Sequence record: NC_048054.1
Strand: one strand, 5' to 3'
Length of the DNA stretch: 64,000 bases
Part shown: piece by piece, positions 43,682 through 52,993 of the stretch
Position numbering within the stretch: the stretch's first letter is position 1
Layout: each line of letters starts with the position of its first letter
Program-made: the position numbers and the translations under genes
The notes under the pieces: model-generated
The model's database searches: none
What the model saw: the letters and a program-made list of their open reading frames with translations, nothing else
What the model was told of the DNA's origin: nothing

Positions 43682-45676
43682 TTACAGGCAGCGGAGGCGG
43701 GCGAGTTTATCTTCGAAAGAGCCAGTGGAAGCTGAACTCTGGGATTCGACTTTCTCGTCACCCTGAGCCAGAAGTTCAACAGCAGACGCCGGGGCTTTAG
43801 CCTGGGCAACTACAGGTTGTTGCTGAACAACAGGCGCACGTTCTGCGGTAACAGTACCAGCAGCCGCGTCGATGGACTCAGAGATTTCGTTCTGTGCGAC
43901 TTCGGACTTGTTCATCAGGTCCAGCGCTTTTGACAGCGATACCTTCAGGAAGTCTTTGCCGTGAGCGATGAATGCACGTTCAATCAGAGCGCGAGGCTCT
44001 TTGATGCCAGCAGCCGACAGAGAGTTGACCAGGCTATCAACGATTGGGTTACGCACATCGCCCCAGAAGTTTTTGGTAATACCCAGCTGAGATGCAGACA
44101 GAGCAGCAACGAGGCGGTCGCCGTAGGCGGTAGTCGCTTCTTCGATAGTGCTCGTAACGTTCGCACTAGCTTCGCTAATACGTGCGTCAGATTCTGCGGC
44201 CAGCAGTTTATCAACCGGCATTTCGATCTGATACGGCATAAAGCCGAATGCTTCACAAGTGCCGGTCACGCCAGTCTGATTCAGAGAGTGTGATACTGCA
44301 CGGATGAAATTATCAGATGCGAAAGATTTCACTGCATTTTCTTCGCCGACTGCATTAGATACAGAAGCGAGAGTTGCGCGAGCAATCGGCTGGCCGTCAT
44401 AGTACATGTGTACAGTGTCGAGCTTGCCAGTAGCGCGGCTCAGGCTGACCAGTTGAGGGTCGAGCGTACCGTGCTGCACTTGCACAGTGGACAGGCTGTC
44501 GAAGACGCGGCTGACGACTTTGCTTTCAGAATCAAATTCATCTTCCTCGTCATCGAGGTCGAGATCGTCTTCTTCGAGGTCTTCGTCATCCAGATCATCT
44601 TCCTCGTCATCGAGGTCCAGATCATCTTCGTCGTCATCGAGGTCGTCTGAGCTGGATTCAGAGTCGATATCCTCTTCATCGAGGTCTTCGTCATCTTCCA
44701 GATCTTCCTCGTCTTCGTCGTCCAGATCATCTTCATCCAGATCGTCTTCGTCGAGGTCGTCCTCGTCGTCGATATCGTCTTCATCATCGTTAGATGATTC
44801 AGAGTCGAAGTCTTCGTCCTCGTCATCAGACGAATCATCTTCGTCCTCGAGGTCTTCTTCTTCGATGATATCAATGTCGCTGTCATCGCCGTCGTCGCCA
44901 GACTGAGATTCAATCGGCTCGTCAACCAGCGCGGCAGAGCAGTGAGCGCAGAACACAGGTTCTTCGTCAGAGCTTACAGTGAACGGCTGTTCGCAGTTAG
45001 CGGAGCAGCTATAAATGTGAGCTTCGACTTCGCCGTTATCAGCAGCGCTGGACAGCGCAGTGATTGCCTCAGGAGATTCCTGCGGTTCACAGCTAGTAAC
45101 AGCCTGGCCGGTATACGGGTCGAAGTTTGCGGTAGTAGCAGCGTTAAAGCTACCAGTACCAGACAGCGCGGTGAACGCGTGTGCGTTGCTCAGAGCCAGA
45201 GCGAAGTTGCGTTGTGCAGCTTGCGCGGTCTCGCCAGTAGCAACCAGACCAGCGTGTTCGATTTGTTCGTCGGCGGAAGCAGATTCGGCCAGGAACTGCG
45301 TAACACGTTCGTCAGTGATTTCGGACAGGTCAGCAGAGCACGATGGGCAGCAGCCCTGAACCAGCGCAGCAGAGTCAGAGATAACGTGGCTACCACAACC
45401 ATCCAGACAGATAGTGTAATGCGCCTTAACGTCACCAGCAGAAGACTGCGACTGGACTTCGGCTTTCTCAACCAAATCAGGATGCTCCACCAGCAGTTCT
45501 TCACCGCCGTTAGGATTGTAGAGGTCTGCGCCACTTTGCGAAGCAAAGCCTACACCGTTAGCAGAACCATAAATCATCAGGTTCTGACCGGTTGCAGTAA
45601 GGCGAAAGTTCTCTACTGCCTGATTATGGTTTTTACCGACACACAGGATACCCGCGAGTTGGGTAATCTTTGGCAT
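43682..45676 (-). CDS. Prohead scaffold/core protein with Cys motifs and long Asp/Glu tract (664 aa)
   Basis: Start at ATG 45676 (GAGG SD). Motifs CLDGCG, CCPSC, CSANC, CAHC; ~125-aa D/E tract; upstream of decoration and MCP. Confidence 0.7.
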   Translation of the reverse strand: MPKITQLAGILCVGKNHNQAVENFRLTATGQNLMIYGSANGVGFASQSGADLYNPNGGEELLVEHPDLVEKAEVQSQSSAGDVKAHYTICLDGCGSHVISDSAALVQGCCPSCSADLSEITDERVTQFLAESASADEQIEHAGLVATGETAQAAQRNFALALSNAHAFTALSGTGSFNAATTANFDPYTGQAVTSCEPQESPEAITALSSAADNGEVEAHIYSCSANCEQPFTVSSDEEPVFCAHCSAALVDEPIESQSGDDGDDSDIDIIEEEDLEDEDDSSDDEDEDFDSESSNDDEDDIDDEDDLDEDDLDEDDLDDEDEEDLEDDEDLDEEDIDSESSSDDLDDDEDDLDLDDEEDDLDDEDLEEDDLDLDDEEDEFDSESKVVSRVFDSLSTVQVQHGTLDPQLVSLSRATGKLDTVHMYYDGQPIARATLASVSNAVGEENAVKSFASDNFIRAVSHSLNQTGVTGTCEAFGFMPYQIEMPVDKLLAAESDARISEASANVTSTIEEATTAYGDRLVAALSASQLGITKNFWGDVRNPIVDSLVNSLSAAGIKEPRALIERAFIAHGKDFLKVSLSKALDLMNKSEVAQNEISESIDAAAGTVTAERAPVVQQQPVVAQAKAPASAVELLAQGDEKVESQSSASTGSFEDKLARLRCL

Positions 45677-45752
45677 GGTTAAAACCCTCATAGAATTTAG
45701 TCGTTGAATCGACAGGTTGAAATTAAAATGTGCAGAAAAAATTCAGGTATTT

Positions 45753-46880
45753 TTAAATTTTTCTGCTATCAATGTCAGTCTGAGGAATATATCTGTTTTC
45801 GAAGTATTTCGAGACAATTTCTACCCCATTTAAGGTGTATACGTTGCGCAGACTATATCCCCAAACCATCAGCTCCGCAAGCGTTGCGAAGTGCTCGGCG
45901 GGTACCGAACTGATTGTTCGTGCATTAAGCGAATCCGGGTGTATTTTCTTACCACGGATAGCCTGATCGAACTTCATACGGTCTACGTTACGCAGCATAG
46001 TATGGTCCACAAAGTGCGCCAATTCATGCGTTATAACGTGGGCCATGGACAGGCTATTATAGCCACCAAGCAATTGCACTAACTGCTGTGGGTGGATTGA
46101 AATAGCACCGTACAGGAAGCCGTGTACGCGATACGTCGCAATGTGACTACCACCACTATCCGAGCTGGCTTTTAACACGCCAACATACAGACGTTTGAAT
46201 GGCAATGCTAGGTTTAAACCAACCCCAGGCATAACGTTCTCCTGAATGTCTTTAAGCACATAATCAGGAGGACTAACGCCATTCTTTTCGAGAGTCACAC
46301 CAGGCACACGTAAATCATCCATACCCATTACTTCGAGATGCACTTTACCGCATTTCTTAACAGGCTTGATGGAGTAGTTATTCGGCGTACCACCAGGATA
46401 GATTGCAGACGCGTACTTTAATGGTTTGAAATTACCAAAATCAGGCATATCCATCAGACGACGCTGTGCAGCTTTCATGGAGTCTGGTGTGTCTTCGCCT
46501 GGTCTGTCATCATTGCCTGTGAATATAGGAGGCGCTGGTTCTGCTTCTTTCTTAACTGACACAGGCTCTGGTTTGGGTTCTGCTGGTGGCTCAGGCTTCT
46601 TGTTCTTCTCCTCGTAAGGAGTGAAGTCGAAACCAGGCTTAAAGAGAGCGTCAGGCTTTGCAGTGAATGAGCGACTATTCTCAATGAGTTTGTCACCGTC
46701 TTCTCCACTGATAGCGTAAGCCTGATCGTATTTAGGATGGGCTATGTAGTACAGGTCGCTACTAACCTTTAACAGGCCAATGACCTCGCGAGTCTCCATA
46801 TGGACACCGTTTGAGATCATGGCCGAAGGACCCAGATAGCGATAGTACGAATAGTCTGTGATTGACAGACCTCCGAGCAT
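45753..46880 (-). CDS. Putative zinc metallopeptidase-domain virion protein (375 aa)
   Basis: TGATG-coupled start at 46880. THELAH at 46014-46031 with downstream AEHFATLAE; shared N-terminal domain. Confidence 0.65.
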   Translation of the reverse strand: MLGGLSITDYSYYRYLGPSAMISNGVHMETREVIGLLKVSSDLYYIAHPKYDQAYAISGEDGDKLIENSRSFTAKPDALFKPGFDFTPYEEKNKKPEPPAEPKPEPVSVKKEAEPAPPIFTGNDDRPGEDTPDSMKAAQRRLMDMPDFGNFKPLKYASAIYPGGTPNNYSIKPVKKCGKVHLEVMGMDDLRVPGVTLEKNGVSPPDYVLKDIQENVMPGVGLNLALPFKRLYVGVLKASSDSGGSHIATYRVHGFLYGAISIHPQQLVQLLGGYNSLSMAHVITHELAHFVDHTMLRNVDRMKFDQAIRGKKIHPDSLNARTISSVPAEHFATLAELMVWGYSLRNVYTLNGVEIVSKYFENRYIPQTDIDSRKI

Positions 46881-47659
46881 CAGGCCATCCTTAACAAATG
46901 TTCTTTGTACGTTGCAGCACAAGCGAATGCTGGATCGTCCACGCTACTGCATTCGAAGCCAGTAAGCATCTTACAGTCACGATAAACCAGACGGCCAGTA
47001 CGCGCATCGAGATACGTTGGCTTGTTGAACGCCGTGTGCGAACAGAAGTTGCGGTGCTTAGGAGTAACGAGCTGACCACAAATACTGCATTTATAAGCAC
47101 GGTAGGTTGTGCCTTTGCTGTACGTGTTCAGGTCACCACTAAGAATACGGTCACAGCGCTCAGGACAGCGAGTGCGGTCAAACGCCAGCAGCAGAGTCAG
47201 TCGCGCATGATCACCACGAAAGTTCTTGAGCTTGGACAGGTTGCTGTCGAAGATCATGCCCATGGCTTGGCGATAGTCTTTGTTGTTGTGTTCGATGAAC
47301 GTAGGCTTACCAATGAACGTCTGATACGCAAGACGGCCTTGGTCAGGGTTGAACGTCAGCCACTCTTGCAGACTAAACGCATCACCATTGGTGTTCGGCA
47401 GTTCAGTAATGTTCACTGGAACAGGCACGATGATATAGTCACTGATATTGCGCGACGTGTTATACATCTCAGCAGCCTTAGGCAGCCACACGTTCACGTC
47501 GAGATTAAAAGAGCCTGTCTGAATACCAAAACGAGAGGCATCCACACGAATAGACTTAGCTGTACGGCTAACATCTTCCTTGTGGAGGTCAATCGCATTC
47601 AATCCGACGAGGCCCATGTCCGAGGTATCAAACGACTCGGAACGAATGGACTGGTCCAT
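46880..47659 (-). CDS. Prohead (maturation) serine protease with Zn-ribbon insert (259 aa)
   Basis: PNTNGDAF, GKPTFIEHN (His), YSKG (Ser), CSICG..CSH, FECSSVDDPAF; start at 47659 (GGAG SD). Confidence 0.8.
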   Translation of the reverse strand: MDQSIRSESFDTSDMGLVGLNAIDLHKEDVSRTAKSIRVDASRFGIQTGSFNLDVNVWLPKAAEMYNTSRNISDYIIVPVPVNITELPNTNGDAFSLQEWLTFNPDQGRLAYQTFIGKPTFIEHNNKDYRQAMGMIFDSNLSKLKNFRGDHARLTLLLAFDRTRCPERCDRILSGDLNTYSKGTTYRAYKCSICGQLVTPKHRNFCSHTAFNKPTYLDARTGRLVYRDCKMLTGFECSSVDDPAFACAATYKEHLLRMA

Positions 47660-47669
47660 CGTGTTCTCC

Positions 47670-48080
47670 CTATTGGAATTTGTCGATATTGCTTGGTGTA
47701 TTGGCGAGACGTACTTGGCCTTCGTCTGCTTGGAAGCCGTCGAGTCCATTTGCGCTGTTCAGCCAATAACGTAAGCGGCCATTAGAAATTACTGCACTTT
47801 CGACAAATGCGGGAATTTCGAAACCATCTTTTGTCTTCACGAATACTTCGACGCCTGGGTAGAACACGTCGAAAGACTTCGTACTGAATATCGGTTTAAC
47901 GATAGCAGATTCACAAACAGGGTGCTGTGCGTAGCGGCTGCTTATCATATAGATAGCCTCTTCCTTACCGATAAGGATAGAGTTGATTGTGCCACGCAGA
48001 ATACACGGCGAACAATGCTCGGACGGAATCTCGAACGAAACAATGTCGCCAATGTTATGAGCAAAAGAGAATTGCGGCAT
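47670..48080 (-). CDS. Hypothetical protein, two SH3/KOW-like halves (136 aa)
   Basis: GAGG SD; TAA-C-ATG coupling; IGDIV../PGVEVF.. duplicated pattern. Confidence 0.7.
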   Translation of the reverse strand: MPQFSFAHNIGDIVSFEIPSEHCSPCILRGTINSILIGKEEAIYMISSRYAQHPVCESAIVKPIFSTKSFDVFYPGVEVFVKTKDGFEIPAFVESAVISNGRLRYWLNSANGLDGFQADEGQVRLANTPSNIDKFQ

Positions 48081-48081
48081 G

Positions 48082-48963
48082 TTAACCTCGCAGTGCTCCA
48101 CGCGCCCAAGACTTAGCAAGTGCCAGAGTCATACGCGATGGGTTATGCAGTTTGACTTCGCCTTTATGGACAGCAGTGAACGGCTCATGCGGGTTAGTAC
48201 CGCGACCAGAGCGATAGGCTGCTTCGTTGAATCCATCAAACAACGTTACTACCCAGCCAGTAGATTTCTCAGAACATTCACCGCAGGCTTTATCCCACGC
48301 AATCTTACCGCACACACGACCACCAGCAGTAACAGCATAACTGATCTGCTCAGTGCCTTTGTAGATATCAGGCGCCTTGATGGTCTTGAAGGTAACACGC
48401 GATGCAGATTCAGAACGCGGCACCATTTTCTCTTTCAATGCTTCTACGTCGAGTGAACCCCAGAATGATTCAAACAACGCAGCGAACTTCTGTTCAATAG
48501 GAAGTTCGAGAGCATTGATTTGTGCGATAGTGCTGGAACTATCCTCCAGCACACGATTCAGGAAGTAACCGCCAATCACTACAGGCAGTTGTGTGCCTTG
48601 AGAGCCAGTAGTCAAGCCAGCTTTCTTGCAGTAGATTTCAGACAGGCCGATAGCCAGACGCGCAAGAGTCATGAACGTCTGCTTCTCGGTACTGTTAGCA
48701 ATCTCTGTGTAGATACGCGCAGCAATGGCAGGAACAACGGTACGTTTCGCCACGCTCAGAACATCCTCTGGCTTGATAGGCTGGCCGAGCTTTTTACGCG
48801 CAGCCAGTTCGAATGCGTTAATCAGACTGGCTTTGTTCGCTGCCGTCAACGACTCGCTTAACTTCGTAGTTGTCAGCTCCGCGCTGTTCACTATCCCCTG
48901 TTGAGGCGTTTTCTCCAGTCGGCGCACTCCCGACGTCGATCTCACCAATCGCTTCACTGTCAT
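48082..48963 (-). CDS. Hypothetical (possibly head) protein (~293 aa)
   Basis: Most plausible start MTVKRLVRSTSG (AGGA SD); overlaps the glycosyltransferase tail by 146 nt. Confidence 0.65.
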   Translation of the reverse strand: MTVKRLVRSTSGVRRLEKTPQQGIVNSAELTTTKLSESLTAANKASLINAFELAARKKLGQPIKPEDVLSVAKRTVVPAIAARIYTEIANSTEKQTFMTLARLAIGLSEIYCKKAGLTTGSQGTQLPVVIGGYFLNRVLEDSSSTIAQINALELPIEQKFAALFESFWGSLDVEALKEKMVPRSESASRVTFKTIKAPDIYKGTEQISYAVTAGGRVCGKIAWDKACGECSEKSTGWVVTLFDGFNEAAYRSGRGTNPHEPFTAVHKGEVKLHNPSRMTLALAKSWARGALRG

Positions 48964-50071
48964 TTGTTTGTTCCTGAGTAGCAGGCTGCTGCAAATAGGC
49001 AAGCAGACCAGAGTTCTGAATTGCCTCTTCCAGATTCTCACCACGATGAATGGTAAGCTGGGCGAGGTAGTTGAGAGCAGGTTCAACCATACCGAGATTA
49101 CGACAGCCCCAATAAGCTGTATCGTAACATAGGTCTAAATTAATAGCGGTCTGGTCAAACAAGAAACTTTTTGGATTCTGCTTAGTGGCTTCAATGCCTT
49201 GAATCGCCATGCCAGTAGCATTGATGTTATCGCCATGACGATAGAAGATATCGGCCAGCATCGCATAACACTCGATGCGGTCGGGACGGAATGCGATGGC
49301 GCGATAACATGCAGCAATCGCCTCCTGAGTGAATCCCTGTTTGAATGTTGCTTTCGCCAGCTCAATGTTAGCGATAGAAACATAGTCAGCCCACTTCGCA
49401 ATGCCGGCCAAGCGATCTACCTCACGACGGGCATCGTCCAGTAGGTCAGGACGTTCGTAGTAGCTTACTGCGTAGCACAGTTCACGCGCATAGTAGAAGC
49501 TGCAACGATCATCATGAGGATAATCACCCACGTCCAGACCAAGCTCCAGCAGATAACCGCGAGGCTTTGAATGGTCAGGGTAGTGGTCAGTTGCAAAGGT
49601 CGCTTCTACTGTACGCAACTGCTGGCCAGGCTTACGAGAAGACAGGACTTCATGCGCACGGTACTTCCAGAAGTAAGAGCGACGACGATACGCTTTCATC
49701 TGCTGGTAGTGACTGTCACCGTTGCGCATCAGAATCCAAACTGCTTCGGCATGTTTAATGTGCTTAGTGTTGCGCAGCGTTTCAACCCAATTAGGGTCAT
49801 CGAAACGTTCGTCAATGTCGAGCCACACAACAAGGTCATCTTCGGAGAATGGCGTAGCGGCCAGCTCACGACTCGCGCCCAGATTACGTTCTTCTGATAC
49901 GTCGAACATATGGTACAGGTTAGGGTGCGTGAACGCCGAGATGATGTTCGTGGTTTGGTCTTCGCTACCGGTATCAACGATACTGATCGCATCAGCACCA
50001 GCAACGTGCTCCAACCACTCACGCATATTCTTTTCTTCATTACGGCAGATAGCCGCTACGCAAATTCTCAT
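48818..50071 (-). CDS. GT2 family glycosyltransferase with TPR repeats (SunS/SgtA-like architecture)
   Basis: ICVAAICRNEE, IVDTGSEDQT, WLDIDE (DxD), WKYRAHE, then RCSFYYARE and TPR helices. Confidence 0.9.
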   Translation of the reverse strand: MRICVAAICRNEEKNMREWLEHVAGADAISIVDTGSEDQTTNIISAFTHPNLYHMFDVSEERNLGASRELAATPFSEDDLVVWLDIDERFDDPNWVETLRNTKHIKHAEAVWILMRNGDSHYQQMKAYRRRSYFWKYRAHEVLSSRKPGQQLRTVEATFATDHYPDHSKPRGYLLELGLDVGDYPHDDRCSFYYARELCYAVSYYERPDLLDDARREVDRLAGIAKWADYVSIANIELAKATFKQGFTQEAIAACYRAIAFRPDRIECYAMLADIFYRHGDNINATGMAIQGIEATKQNPKSFLFDQTAINLDLCYDTAYWGCRNLGMVEPALNYLAQLTIHRGENLEEAIQNSGLLAYLQQPATQEQTNDSEAIGEIDVGSAPTGENASTGDSEQRGADNYEVKRVVDGSEQSQSD

Positions 50072-50087
50072 ACATGCCTCATTTGGG

Positions 50088-51011
50088 TTATACTAAAATG
50101 TTACCGCTATCCCACCACTGCTTGCCGTAGATATCAGACAGGCGGTAGTCAAGGAGAAGTGGCTTATCAAGGTCGACTTGCGTTATATTACGCCCTAAAG
50201 CAGGACTCCAAACTGTTTTCTCCTCAGTGTAGAGTCTTATCTCAAGTTCAATGTCGCCTTGCGAGTTCTTCGGCACAAACGGATGTGAGTAGTCACCATC
50301 AAAGCCTGCACCGAGCGAGTCGTCAAAGTAAGTGTATGCACGGATTTCTTCCGCACTGTTAATGATTGTAGGCGCATACACCTGACGGTTGTAATAGGAA
50401 GTGTAATCAGCAACGGTTGATTGCATGACAACACGGCGCTTGTAGATTCGCGTTACACCTTTGCTGTCTGTCTCAGCGCGATACTGGTTGTAGTACCAGC
50501 TTATCTGCGCAAACTTAACAGGCTTCAATGTAGGCTGACCTGTGGCATACTTCATGAACGGCTTCGCAGTGAAACGATGGTACGTCTTCTGCGAGTTCAA
50601 TCTGTACAGCAAGACCTGATACGTGTACCACTGATAAACATCAAGGGTAATCGTACCTGAGTCGGATTGCTGTGTGCCGTTAGTCAGGATGTAAGCGAAA
50701 CAGTCTGCACCAACGTAACCGCTTCGAGGACTGTAGATAAAGGCTTCGTTCAGATTGTTCAGTCGCACAGTGCCGACCAGTGGGTCATTGACCTTGATCG
50801 CAGAAAGGCGCCAACCCCTTTGAGCTGGCACCTTATCCAATACACCCTCAGTTGGGCTATGCAACGTCACTTCGTCACGAGCGCCTTGTAAGATCTTTTC
50901 GAGAGTTATCTCAGTGTCACCTGAGTTACGCACTCGCACAGTCAGGTTCGGAGCCAATGGCTTATAGTTACGCCAGTAGTCGAACGTACAAGGCAAAGAG
51001 AGCATAATCAC
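50088..51011 (-). CDS. Virion protein with cadherin/Big_9-like Ig domain
   Basis: GTVRLNNLNEAFIYSPRSGYVGADCFAYILTNG..SGTITLDV is a Big_9/tandem-95 type pattern; GTGA coupling to ligase. Confidence 0.7.
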   Translation of the reverse strand: MIMLSLPCTFDYWRNYKPLAPNLTVRVRNSGDTEITLEKILQGARDEVTLHSPTEGVLDKVPAQRGWRLSAIKVNDPLVGTVRLNNLNEAFIYSPRSGYVGADCFAYILTNGTQQSDSGTITLDVYQWYTYQVLLYRLNSQKTYHRFTAKPFMKYATGQPTLKPVKFAQISWYYNQYRAETDSKGVTRIYKRRVVMQSTVADYTSYYNRQVYAPTIINSAEEIRAYTYFDDSLGAGFDGDYSHPFVPKNSQGDIELEIRLYTEEKTVWSPALGRNITQVDLDKPLLLDYRLSDIYGKQWWDSGNILV

Positions 51012-52954
51012 TCCAGTTTGTATTTGCTCTTGAACTCCGCGATACTCATAACAGGAATGCCTTTGTCTATGGCCTTCTGGAGTTTCGCAGAACCAGAGCC
51101 AGGGTCTTTAGCAATCAGAATCGTCGTGTCGGACTTCATGCTGTCTGACGCTGTACCACCAAGCTCGACAATGCGTTGCATCAAGTCGCGATCACGCACA
51201 CCAGTGAATGCTACGTTAATACCTTTCAGCTTGGCACTAACCACTTTCACTTTCTTCGGTGCAACGAGAGTCACATCCATCTCGACAGCCATCAGATAAG
51301 ACTTAACGGCCGCATCTGCAATTTGTGGTGCGAGTTTATCGACGCCGTGCATACCGCTAATCTTAGAAGTCAGGTCAGCAGTCTTACCCTTCTTGAGATA
51401 CTGCTCAAGGTTAGGTACGGCATCAACAACTTTGTCGAACGTTGTATTAGCGCCTCGCATGAAGAATGAAGCAGTAGCTTTCAGCCACGTATTCATCGGC
51501 ACGCCAGCCTTCAACGCTTTCAGGTCTTTCGCCAGTTGACGTCCACGCGAATCACCAACGATCTCACGCAGAGAAGCCATAGGCGTCATGAACAATTGCT
51601 GAGGTGTTTTGATACCAGACTCAACAAGCAGCTTACAGGTACTTGGTCCTGTATTCGCAACGTCCAGACCTTTCAGGAACGAGCCGAGCATACGAGCATC
51701 AGCAGCACTGGTCTTCGTCTTAGCAACGAACTCAACGCCATTGATTTTGTACGGCACGTCAGGCAGCTTAGGCTTCTTAGCTGGCTTGAGAATCTCCATG
51801 ATATATGGGATTACCTTGCCGCTTCGAATCAACTTAACCTTAGCACCAGGACCGATTGGTTTCTTCGGACCAAGCACAGCGCCTTTCTTCTTCGGCTTGA
51901 GATAGCCGTGCTCAACGTAAAAGCCGTTGTGCGCAGAAGCACGTTCAACAGTCACACCGCCAGGCATAACAGTAGGCGGGAAGATTGCAACAGGAGCCAG
52001 CACACCGTACTTGGTCTCCTGATAGATTACGTCTTTGACAGTCACGATAACAGTGTCTGACTCAACGTTCATCTTGAACTTGAAGGCGTGTTTAGGGTTA
52101 CTGGCCGTTGCTTTTGGAGTGGGAACATCGCGGGTCATTACGATCCCATCGAGTTCATACTTCGCTTTGGCGATACGCTTATCCAGCCAAGGAATGAGTT
52201 CTTCCTCAGATTCGAAACGCATCGGGCCAAAGTGGCGCACTACTTCAAATCCCCACTTCTCCAGCAGCTTGAACTGAGATGACTGCTTGAGCGTAGCACC
52301 TTTACCACCGATGATACCGAAGCACACCATGTGGACGTACTTAAACTCTTTCGCAGTCTCAAAGTTACGCACCAGACCTGACGCTGCATTACGTGCGGCT
52401 TTGAAGCGACCGCCAGCAGATTCGTGCAGCTTTGCCATGAAGGTTTTATATGGAATCAACGCCTCACAGCGTAACACCACTTGGCCTTTCTCAGAGATTT
52501 TCTGAGGGATGCGCATTGCAGGAATGTGCTGCGACACGTCTTTACCGTGGGTTGCATCGCCACGAGTAAGCGCACGAACAGGTACGCCTTTCTCATAGAC
52601 GATCTCAATACTCAGACCATCGAGTTTGTCAGTGAGTACCCAATCAACATCTTCGGCCAGAGCCTTAGTCAACTGTTTCCCACCGAGCACGAACTGGTCG
52701 AGACTCGCCATCGGCACAGGCAGCTTAACATCCGAATCATCACGCGCACCGACTTTACGCGCCAGCTTAGACTTAGGCCAACGCTTGTCGATGTAGTTGC
52801 GAATATGATCGTACACTGCATCAGATATCAGACCTTCCGAATCAGTGTGGAACGCATCATCAAGATGCGCCACAAGTTTCGTTGCCTGCGTCAAATTGAG
52901 CGTGTCCAGAACCTTATCAGGATTCTTTTCGAGCCGCTTCAAAGAGATTTGCAT
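51008..52954 (-). CDS. ligA: NAD-dependent DNA ligase
   Basis: ISDAVYD (domain Ia), KLDGLS, TRGD..GKDV, YELDGIV, AFKF, OB fold, C-terminal BRCT (VAFTG..GSAKLQKA..GIPV). Confidence 0.95.
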   Translation of the reverse strand: MQISLKRLEKNPDKVLDTLNLTQATKLVAHLDDAFHTDSEGLISDAVYDHIRNYIDKRWPKSKLARKVGARDDSDVKLPVPMASLDQFVLGGKQLTKALAEDVDWVLTDKLDGLSIEIVYEKGVPVRALTRGDATHGKDVSQHIPAMRIPQKISEKGQVVLRCEALIPYKTFMAKLHESAGGRFKAARNAASGLVRNFETAKEFKYVHMVCFGIIGGKGATLKQSSQFKLLEKWGFEVVRHFGPMRFESEEELIPWLDKRIAKAKYELDGIVMTRDVPTPKATASNPKHAFKFKMNVESDTVIVTVKDVIYQETKYGVLAPVAIFPPTVMPGGVTVERASAHNGFYVEHGYLKPKKKGAVLGPKKPIGPGAKVKLIRSGKVIPYIMEILKPAKKPKLPDVPYKINGVEFVAKTKTSAADARMLGSFLKGLDVANTGPSTCKLLVESGIKTPQQLFMTPMASLREIVGDSRGRQLAKDLKALKAGVPMNTWLKATASFFMRGANTTFDKVVDAVPNLEQYLKKGKTADLTSKISGMHGVDKLAPQIADAAVKSYLMAVEMDVTLVAPKKVKVVSAKLKGINVAFTGVRDRDLMQRIVELGGTASDSMKSDTTILIAKDPGSGSAKLQKAIDKGIPVMSIAEFKSKYKLE

Positions 52955-52993
52955 GTTATTCTCCAATCGTCAGTAACACTGGTATTTACAGCC

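Noticed and set aside
44525-44905. Repeat array or microsatellite in the scaffold gene
   Set aside because: Imperfect codon-level repetition encoding an Asp/Glu tract, not a DNA repeat element.
45728-45770. AT-rich inverted repeat GCAGAAAAAATT/AATTTTTCTGC as a replication origin
   Set aside because: It is a single short hairpin overlapping a stop codon, with no iterons; more likely a weak terminator.
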